From positions 48,794,001 to 48,858,000 of the forward strand of contig OZ024743.1 of the NCBI GenBank assembly GCA_964016885.1: a DNA stretch of 64,000 nucleotides, read 5' to 3'. Positions within the stretch are counted from its first letter, which is position 1, and every line of letters begins with the position of its first letter. The translations under genes were made by a program, and so were the position numbers. Shown here in pieces: positions 54,901 to 64,000 of the stretch. The notes below the pieces were generated by a model, which did no database searches, was not told where the DNA came from, and saw nothing but the letters and a program-made list of their open reading frames with translations. The DNA is from Eledone cirrhosa. Taxonomy: Eukaryota.

Positions 54901-56600
54901 CCAACTAAGACAACAGTAGTTCTGTGTGTTGTGTTCAACATGGCATTGTCCACCAACTAAGACAACAGTAGTTCTGTGTATTGTGTTCAACATGGCATTG
55001 TCCCCCAAATAAGACAACAGTAGTTCTGTGTGTTGTGTTCAACATGGCATTGTCCCCAACTAAGACAACAGTAGTTCTGTGTGTTGTGTTCAACATGGCA
55101 TTGTCCCCCAACTAAAACAACAGCAGCTCTGTGTGTTGTGTTCAACATGGCATTGTCCCCCAACTAAGACAACAGTAGCTCTGTGTGTTGTGTTCAACAT
55201 GGCATTGTCCCCAACTAAGACAACAGTAGTTCTATATGTTGTGTTCAACATGGCATTGTCCCCCAACTAAGACAATAGTAGCTCTGTGTCTTGTGTTCAA
55301 CATGGCATTGTCCCCCAACTAAGACAACAGTAGTTCTATGTGTTGTGTTCAACAGGGCATTGTCCCCAACTAAGACAACAGTAGCTCTGTGTGTTGTGTT
55401 CAACATGGCATTGTCCCCAACTAAGACAACAGTAGTTCTGTGTGTCGTGTGCAACATGGCATTGTCCCCCAACTAAGACAACAGTAGTTCTGTGTGTTGT
55501 GTTCAACATGGCATTGTCCCCCAACTAAGACAACAGTAGCTGTGTGTCTTGTGTTCAACATGGCATTGTCCCCCAACTAAGACAACAGTAGTTCTGTGTG
55601 TTGTGTTAAACCTGGCGTTGTCCCCCAACTAAGACAACAGTAGTTCTGTGTGTTGTGTTCAATATGGCATTGTCCCCCAACTAAGACAACAGTAGCTCTG
55701 TGTGTTGTGTTCAACATGGCATTGTCCCCCAACTAAGACAACAGTAGTTCTGTGTGTTGTGTTCAACATGGCATTGTCCCCCAACTAAGACAACAGTAGT
55801 TCTATGTGTTGTGTTCAACATGGCATTGTCCCCCAACTAAGACAACAGTAGCTCTGTGTATTGTGTTCAACATGGCATTGTCCCCCAACTAAGACAACAG
55901 TAGTTCTGTGTGTTGTGTTGAACATGGCATTGTCCACCAACTAAGACAACAGTAGTTCTGTGTGTTGTGTTCAACATGGCATTGTCCCCAACTAAGACAA
56001 CAGTAGTTCTGTGTGTTGTGTTCTACATGGCATTGTCCCCCAACTAAGACAACAGTAGCTCTGTGTGTTGTGTTCAACATGGCATTGTCCCCAACTAAGA
56101 CAACAGTAGCTCTGTGTGTTGTGTTCAACATGGCATTGTCCCCCAACTAAGACAACAGTAGCTCTGTGTGTTGTGTTGAACATGACATTGTCCCCAACTA
56201 AGACAACAGTAGCTCTGTGTGTTGTGTTGAACATGGCATTGTCCCCCAACTAAGACAACATTAGTTCTGTGTGTTGTGTTCAACATGGCATTGTCCCCCA
56301 ACTCAGACAACAGTAACTCTGTGTCTTTTGTTCAACATGGCATTGTCCCCCAACTAAGACAACAGTAGTTCAATGTGTTGTGTTCAACATGGCATTGTCC
56401 CCCAACTAAGACAACAGTAGTTCTGTGTGTTGTGTTCAACATGGCATTGTCCACCAACTAAGACAACAGTAGTTCTGTGTGTTGTGTTCAACATGGCATT
56501 GTCCCCCAACTAAGACAACAGTAGTTCTGTGTGTTGTGTTCAACATGGCATTGTCCCCCAACTAAGACAACAGTAGCTCTGTGTGTTGTGTTCAACATGG
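42400..56600. repeat. Four tandem copies of a 3,314-bp (~64-monomer) / 3,779-bp (~73-monomer) HOR; a fifth copy lies at ~36820-40130
   Basis: Marker aaacctggcgttg lies at ~39151, 44740, 48054, 51833 and 55612 (steps 5,589, 3,314, 3,779, 3,779). ORF series 43153/46467/50246/54025 and 44207/47521/51300/55079 agree. Confidence 0.92.
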
Positions 56601-57889
56601 CATTGTCCCCAACTAAGACAACAGTAGCTCTGTGTGTTGTGTTCAACATGGCATTGTCCCCAACTAAGACAACAGTAGTTCTGTGTGTTGTGTTCTACAT
56701 GGCATTGTCCCCCAACTAAGACAACAGTAGCTCTGTGTGTTGTGTTCAACATGGCATTGTCCCCAACTAAGACAACAGTAGTTCTATATGTTGTGTTCAA
56801 CATGGCATTGTCCCCAACTAAGACAACAGTAGCTCTGTGTATTGTGTTCAACATGGCATTGTCTCCCAACGAAGACAACAGTAGCTCTGTGTGTTGTGTT
56901 CAACATGGCATTGTCCCCAACTAAGACAACAATAGTTCTATGTGTTGTGTTCAACATGGCATTGTCCCACAACTACGACAACAGTAGCTCTGTGTGTTGT
57001 GTTCAACATGGCATTGTCCCCCAACTAAGACAACAGTAGTTCTATGTGTTGTGTTCAACATGGCATTGTCCCCCAACTAATACAACAGTAGCTCTGTGTG
57101 TTGTGTTCAACATGGCATTGTCCCCAACTAAGATAACAGTAGTTCTACGTGTTGTGTTCAACATGGCATTGTCTCCAACTAAGACAAAAGTAGCTCTGTG
57201 TGTTGTGTTCAACATGGCATTGTCCCCCAACTAAGACAACAGTAGTTCTGTGTGTTGTGTTCAACATGGCATTGTCCCCCAACTAAGACAACAGTAGTTC
57301 TGTGTGTTGTGTTCAACATGGCATTGTCCCCTAACTAAGACAACAGTAGTTCTGTCTGTTGTGTTCAACATGGCATTGTCCCCCAACTAAGACAACAGTA
57401 GTTCTGTGTGTCGTGTTCAACATGGCATTGTCTCCCAACTAAGACAACAGTAGTTCTGTGTGTTGTGTTCAACATGGCATTGTCCCCCAACTAAGACAAC
57501 AGTAGTTCTGTGTGTTGTGTTCGACATGGCATTGTCCCCAACTAAGACAACAGTAGCTCTGTATGTTGTGTTCAACATGGCATTGTCTCCAACTAAGACA
57601 ACAGTAGCTCTGTGTGTTGTGTTCAACATGGCATTGTCCCCTAACTAAGACAACAGTAGTTCTGTCTGTTGTGTTCAACATGGCATTGTCCCCCAACTAA
57701 GACAACAGTAGTTCTGTCTGTCGTGTTCAACATGGTATTGTCCCCCAACTAAGACAACAGTAGTTCTGTGTGTTGTGTTCAACATGACATTGTCCACCAA
57801 CTAAGACAACAGTAGTTCTGTGTATTGTGTTCAACATGGCATTGTCCCCCAAATAAGACAACAGTAGTTATGTGTGTTGTGTTCAACAT

Positions 57890-60800
57890 GGCATTGTCCC
57901 CCAACTAAAACAACAGCAGCTCTGTGTGTTGTCTTCAACATAGCATTGTCCCCCAACTAAGACAACAGTAGTTCTGTGTGTTGTGTTCAATATGGCATTG
58001 TCCCCCAACTAAGACAACACTAGCTCTGTGTGTTGTGTTCAACATGGCATTGACCCCCAACTAAGACAACAGTAGTTCTGTGTGTTGTGTTCAACATGGC
58101 ATTGTCCCCCAACTAAGACAACAGTAGTTCTGTGTGTTGTGTTCAATATGGCATTGTCCCCCAACTAAGACAACAGTAGCTGTGTGTCTTGTGTTCAACA
58201 TGGCATTGTCCCCCAACTAAGACAACAGTAGTTCTGTGTGTTGTGTTAAACATGGCATTGTCCCCCAACTAAGACAACAGTAGTTCTGTGTGTTGTGTTC
58301 AATATGGCATTGTCCCCCAACTAAGACAACAGTAGCTCTGTGTGTTGTGTTCAACATGGCATTGTCCCCCAACTAAGACAACAGTAGTTCTGTGTGTTGT
58401 GTTCAACATGGCATTGTCCCCCAACTAAGACAACAGTAGTTCTATGTGTTGTGTTCACACATGGCATTGTCCCCCAACTAAGACAACAGTAGCTCTGTGT
58501 ATTGTGTTCAACATGGCATTGTCCCCCAACTAAGACAACAGTAGTTCTGTGTGTTGTGTTGAACATGGCATTGTCCACCAACTAAGACAACAGTAGTTCT
58601 GTGTGTTGTGTTCAACATGGCATTGTCCCCCAACTAAGACAACAGTAGTTCTATGTGTTATGTTCAACATGGCATTGTCCCCAATTAAGACAACAGTAGT
58701 TCTGTGTGTTGTGTTCAACATGGCATCGTCCCCAACTAAGACAACAGTAGCTCTGTGTGTTGTGTTCAACATGGCATTGTCCCCCAACTAAGACAACAGT
58801 AGCTCTGTGTGTTGTGTTGAACATGACATTGTCCCCAACTAAGACAACAGTAGCTCTGTGTGTTGTGCTGAACATGGCATTGTCCCCCAACTAAGACAAC
58901 ATTAGTTCTGTGTGTTGTGTTCAACATGGCATTGTCCCCCAACTCAGACAACAGTAACTCTGTGTCTTTTGTTCAACATGGCATTGTCCCCCAACTAAGA
59001 CAACAGTAGTTCAATGTGTTGTGTTCAACATGGCATTGTCCCCCAACTAAGACAACAGTAGTTCTGTGTGTTGTGTTCAACATGGCATTGTCCACCAACT
59101 AAGACAACAGTAGTTCTGTGTGTTGTGTTCAACATGGCATTGTCCCCCAACTAAGACAACAGTAGTTCTGTGTGTTGTGTTCAACATGGCATTGTCCCCC
59201 AACTAAGACAACAGTAGCTCTGTGTGTTGTGTTCAACATGGCATTGTCCCCAACTAAGACAACAGTAGCTCTGTGTGTTGTGTTCAACATGGCATTGTCC
59301 CCAACTAAGACAACAGTAGTTCTATGTGTTGTGTTCTACATGGCATTGTCCCCCAACTAAGACAACAGTAGCTCTGTGTGTTGTGTTCAACATGGCATTG
59401 TCCCCAACTAAGACAACAGTAGTTCTATATGTTGTGTTCAACATGACATTGTCCCCAACTAAGACAACAGTAGCTCTGTGTGTTGTGTTCAACATGGCAT
59501 TGTCCCCCAACTAAGACAACAGTAGCTCTGTGTGTTGTGTTCAACATGGCATTGTCCCCTAACTAAGACAACAGTAGTTCTGTCTGTTGTGTTCAACATG
59601 GCATTGTCCCCCAACTAAGACAACAGTAGTTCTGTCTGTCGTGTTCAACATGGCATTGTCCCCCAACTAAGACAACAGTAGTTCTGTGTGTTGTGTTCAA
59701 CATGGCATTGTCCATCAACTAAGACAACAGTAGTTCTGTGTATTGTGTTCAACATGGCATTGTCCCCCAAATAAGACAACAGTAGTTCTGTGTGTTGTGT
59801 TCAACATGGCATTGTCCCCCAACTAAAACAACAGCAGCTCTGTGTGTTGTCTTCAACATAGCATTGTCCCCCAACTAAGACAACAGTAGTTCTGTGTGTT
59901 GTGTTCAATATGGCATTGTCCCCCAACTAAGACAACACTAGCTCTGTGTGTTGTGTTCAACATGGCATTGACCCCCAACTAAGACAACAGTAGTTCTGTG
60001 TGTTGTGTTCAACATGGCATTGTCCCCCAACTAAGACAACAGTAGTTCTGTGTGTTGTGTTCAACATGGCATTGTCCCCCAACTAAGACAACAGTAGCTG
60101 TGTGTCTTGTGTTCAACATGGCATTGTCCCCCAACTAAGACAACACTAGCTCTGTGTGTTGTGTTCAACATGGCATTGACCCCCAACTAAGACAACAGTA
60201 GTTCTGTGTGTTGTGTTCAACATGGCATTGTCCCCCAACTAAGACAACAGTAGTTCTGTGTGTTGTGTTCAACATGGCATTGTCCCCCAACTAAGACAAC
60301 AGTAGCTGTGTGTCTTGTGTTCAACATGGCATTGTCCCCCAACTAAGACAACAGTAGTTCTGTGTGTTGTGTTAAACATGGCATTGTCCCCCAACTAAGA
60401 CAACAGTAGTTCTGTGTGTTGTGTTCAATATGGCATTGTCCCCCAACTAAGACAACAGTAGCTCTGTGTGTTGTGTTCAACATGGCATTGTCCCCCAACT
60501 AAGACAACAGTAGTTCTGTGTGTTGTGTTCAACATGGCATTGTCCCCCAACTAAGACAACAGTAGTTCTATGTGTTGTGTTCACACATGGCATTGTCCCC
60601 CAACTAAGACAACAGTAGCTCTGTGTATTGTGTTCAACATGGCATTGTCCCCCAACTAAGACAACAGTAGTTCTGTGTGTTGTGTTGAACATGGCATTGT
60701 CCACCAACTAAGACAACAGTAGTTCTGTGTGTTGTGTTCAACATGGCATTGTCCCCCAACTAAGACAACAGTAGTTCTATGTGTTATGTTCAACATGGCA

Positions 60801-63290
60801 TTGTCCCCAATTAAGACAACAGTAGTTCTGTGTGTTGTGTTCAACATGGCATCGTCCCCAACTAAGACAACAGTAGCTCTGTGTGTTGTGTTCAACATGG
60901 CATTGTCCCCCAACTAAGACAACAGTAGCTCTGTGTGTTGTGTTGAACATGACATTGTCCCCAACTAAGACAACAGTAGCTCTGTGTGTTGTGTTGAACA
61001 TGGCATTGTCCCCCAACTAAGACAACATTAGTTCTGTGTGTTGTGTTCAACATGGCATTGTCCCCCAACTCAGACAACAGTAACTCTGTGTCTTTTGTTC
61101 AACATGGCATTGTCCCCCAACTAAGACAACAGTAGTTCAATGTGTTGTGTTCAACATGGCATTGTCCCCCAACTAAGACAACAGTAGTTCTGTGTGTTGT
61201 GTTCAACATGGCATTGTCCACCAACTAAGACAACAGTAGTTCTGTGTGTTGTGTTCAACATGGCATTGTCCCCCAACTAAGACAACAGTAGTTCTGTGTG
61301 TTGTGTTCAACATGGCATTGTCCCCCAACTAAGACAACAGTAGCTCTGTGTGTTGTGTTCAACATGGCATTGTCCCCAACTAAGACAACAGTAGCTCTGT
61401 GTGTTGTGTTCAACATGGCATTGTCCCCAACTAAGACAACAGTAGTTCTATGTGTTGTGTTCTACATGGCATTGTCCCCCAACTAAGACAACAGTAGCTC
61501 TGTGTGTTGTGTTCAACATGGCATTGTCCCCAACTAAGACAACAGTAGTTCTATATGTTGTGTTCAACATGACATTGTCCCCAACTAAGACAACAGTAGC
61601 TCTGTGTGTTGTGTTCAACATGGCATTGTCCCCCAACTAAAACAACAGCAGCTCTGTGTGTTGTCTTCAACATAGCATTGTCCCCCAACTAAGACAACAG
61701 TAGTTCTGTGTGTTGTGTTCAATATGGCATTGTCCCCCAACTAAGACAACACTAGCTCTGTGTGTTGTGTTCAACATGGCATTGACCCCCAACTAAGACA
61801 ACAGTAGTTCTGTGTGTTGTGTTCAACATGGCATTGTCCCCCAACTAAGACAACAGTAGTTCTGTGTGTTGTGTTCAACATGGCATTGTCCCCCAACTAA
61901 GACAACAGTAGCTGTGTGTCTTGTGTTCAACATGGCATTGTCCCCCAACTAAGACAACACTAGCTATGTGTGTTGTGTTCAACATGGCATTGACCCCCAA
62001 CTAAGACAACAGTAGTTCTGTGTGTTGTGTTCAACATGGCATTGTCCCCCAACTAAGACAACAGTAGTTCTGTGTGTTGTGTTCAACATGGCATTGTCCC
62101 CCAACTAAGACAACAGTAGCTGTGTGTCTTGTGTTCAACATGGCATTGTCCCCCAACTAAGACAACAGTAGTTCTGTGTGTTGTGTTAAACATGGCATTG
62201 TCCCCCAACTAAGACAACAGTAGTTCTGTGTGTTGTGTTCAATATGGCATCGTCCCCCAACTAAGACAACAGTAGCTCTGTGTGTTGTGTTCAACATGGC
62301 ATTGTCCCCCAACTAAGACAACAGTAGTTCTGTGTGTTGTGTTCAACATGGCATTGTCCCCCAACTAAGACAACAGTAGTTCTATGTGTTGTGTTCACAC
62401 ATGGCATTGTCCCCCAACTAAGACAACAGTAACTCTGTGTATTGTGTTCAACATGGCATTGTCCCCCAACTAAGACAACAGTAGTTCTGTGTGTTGTGTT
62501 GAACATGGCATTGTCGACCAACTAAGACAACAGTAGTTCTGTGTGTTGTGTTCAACATGGCATTGTCCCCCAACTAAGACAACAGTAGTTCTATGTGTTA
62601 TGTTCAACATGGCATTGTCCCTAATTAAGACAACAGTAGTTCTGTGTGTTGTGTTCAACATGGCATCGTCCCCAACTAAGACAACAGTAGCTCTGTGTGT
62701 TGTGTTCAACATGGCATTGTCCCCCAACTAAGACAACAGTAGCTCTGTGTGTTGTGTTGAACATGACATTGTCCCCAACTAAGACAACAGTAGCTCTGTG
62801 TGTTGTGTTCAACATGGCATTGTCCCCAACTAAGACAACAGTAGTTCTGTGTGTTGTGTTCAACATGGCATTGTCCACCAACTAAGACAACAGTAGTTCT
62901 GTGTGTTGTGTTCAACATGGCATTGTCCCCCAACTAAGACAACAGTAGTTCTGTGTGTTGTGTTCAACATGGCATTGTCCCCCAACTAAGACAACAGTAG
63001 CTCTGTGTGTTGTGTTCAACATGGCATTGTCCCCAAATAAGACAACAGTAGCTCTGTGTGTTGTGTTCAACATGGCATTGTCCCCAACTAAGACAACAGT
63101 AGTTCTATGTGTTGTGTTCTACATGGCATTGTCCCCCAACTAAGACAACAGTAGCTCTGTGTGTTGTGTTCAACATGGCATTGTCCCCAACTAAGACAAC
63201 AGTAGTTCTATATGTTGTGTTCAACATGACATTGTCCCCAACTAAGACAACAGTAGCTCTGTGTGTTGTGTTCTACATGGCATTGTCCCC
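57890..63290. repeat. Three-copy HOR with steps of 2,126 and 1,814 bp
   Basis: A 53-bp insertion allele ttcacacatgg lies at ~58456, 60582 and 62396. The ORF series is 58351/60477/62291. Local markers are caacacta, attgacccc, catagcatt and catcgtc. Confidence 0.88.
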
Positions 63291-64000
63291 CAACTAAGAC
63301 AGCAGTAGCTCTGTCTGTTGTGTTCAACATGGCATTGTCCCCAACTAAGACAACAGTAGTTCAATGTGTTGTGTTCAACATGGCATTGTCCCCAACTAAG
63401 ACAACAGTAGCTCTGTGTGTTGTGTTCAACATGGCATTGTCCCCCAACTAAGACAACAGTAGCTCTGTGTGTTGTGTTCAACATGGCATTGTCCCCAACT
63501 AAGACAACAGTAGTTCTGTGTGTTGTGTTCAACATGGCATTGTCCCCCAACCAAGACAACAGTAGATCTGTGTGTTGTGTTCAACATGGCATTGTCCCCC
63601 AACTAAGACAACAGTAGTTCTGTGTGTTGTGTTCAACATGGCATTGTCCCCCAACTAAGACAACAGTAGTTCTGTGTGTTGTGTTCAACATGGCATTGTC
63701 ACCAAACTAAGACAACAGTAGCTCTGTGTGTTGTGTTCAACATGGCATTGTCCCCCAACTAAGACAACAGTAGTTCTATGTGTTGTGTTCAACATGGCAT
63801 TGTGTCCCAACTAAGACAACAGTAGTTCTGTGTGTTGTGTTCAACATGGCATTGTCCCCCAACTAAGACAACAGTAGTTCTGTGTGTTGTGTTCAACATG
63901 TCATTGTCCCCCAACTAAGACAACAGTAGTTCTGTGTGTTGTGTTCAACATGGCATTGTCCCCCAACTAAGACAACAGTAGTTCTGTGTGTTGTGTTCAA

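Larger units (their letters stand above)
1..64000. repeat. Tandem satellite array, 52-bp monomer (51-bp C4 allele common), single orientation, extends beyond both window edges
   Basis: Seen directly: GCATTGTCCCCCAACTAAGACAACAGTAG[T/C]TCTGTGTGTTGTGTTCAACATG repeats head-to-tail from base 1 (monomer starts 1, 53, 105 ... 365, 417) to base 64000. Most monomers differ from consensus by only a few substitutions, and I saw no non-repeat interruption. Confidence 0.99.

Noticed and set aside
535-63617. About 200 short ORFs (60-112 aa; GDNAMLNTTHRTTVVLV, GQCHVEHNTQSYCCLSW and MALSPTKTTVVLCVVFN repeats), including Cys/His-rich ones resembling metal-binding peptides
   Set aside because: They are translations of the satellite. 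The 51-bp alleles hold frame and the 52-bp alleles shift it into stops. The ORFs overlap on both strands, have no unique domains, and none exceeds 112 aa.
1-64000. CRISPR array or other repeat-spacer system
   Set aside because: There are no unique spacers: the whole 52 bp is conserved and variation is limited to scattered substitutions. No cas genes or leader sequence are present.
1-64000. A giant repeat-protein gene (17-aa unit) broken by homopolymer sequencing errors, or phase variation via the C-run
   Set aside because: The frame-breaking 52-bp allele is the majority and C4/C5 patterns are reproduced exactly between HOR copies, so they are not errors. No start context or non-repeat coding flank is visible.
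1-64000. G-quadruplex or i-motif array from the C4-C5 runs
   Set aside because: The runs are separated by ~47 nt, far longer than canonical loops.
1-64000. Telomerase-type telomeric repeat
   Set aside because: The unit is 52 bp with heritable variants and HORs, unlike uniform short telomerase-templated repeats. A subtelomeric or recombination-maintained terminal location cannot be excluded from this window.
1-64000. Rolling-circle/concatemer sequencing artefact or synthetic data-storage DNA
   Set aside because: Variants are hierarchically shared among nested multi-kb copies with private mutations. This fits evolutionary descent rather than random error on one template or designed encoding.
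1-64000. Tandem tRNA, 5S, snRNA or spliced-leader RNA gene array
   Set aside because: The unit is too short, and I see no cloverleaf, A/B boxes, Sm site or poly-T terminator.

Overview
The whole 64-kb window is one uninterrupted, head-to-tail tandem array (satellite DNA). The monomer is 52 bp, consensus GCATTGTCCCCCAACTAAGACAACAGTAGYTCTGTGTGTTGTGTTCAACATG (~44% GC, no CpG; exact T-allele copy at 417-468). A frequent 51-bp allele has C4 instead of C5, and there are roughly 1,230-1,240 monomers by length division. I found no unique sequence, credible gene, RNA gene, transposon insertion, inversion or CRISPR spacer. All ORFs in the track are translations of the repeat. The informative structure is in the order of variant monomers, which reveals nested, irregular higher-order repeats (HORs): a ~13.36-kb tandem duplication containing a 3,469-bp duplication, a 1,345-bp pair, a 5,589-bp pair, five copies of a 3,314/3,779-bp unit and three copies of a ~1.8-2.1-kb unit. 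Several smaller duplications and an apparent single-monomer replacement are also present. Shared and private variants allow several events to be ordered in time. The array looks like eukaryotic centromeric, pericentromeric or subtelomeric satellite, but I cannot identify the organism or family, and I see no evidence of a gene-encoded novel system. Offsets were read by eye from marker variants and ORF-track coordinates, and block boundaries are approximate (about one monomer either way).
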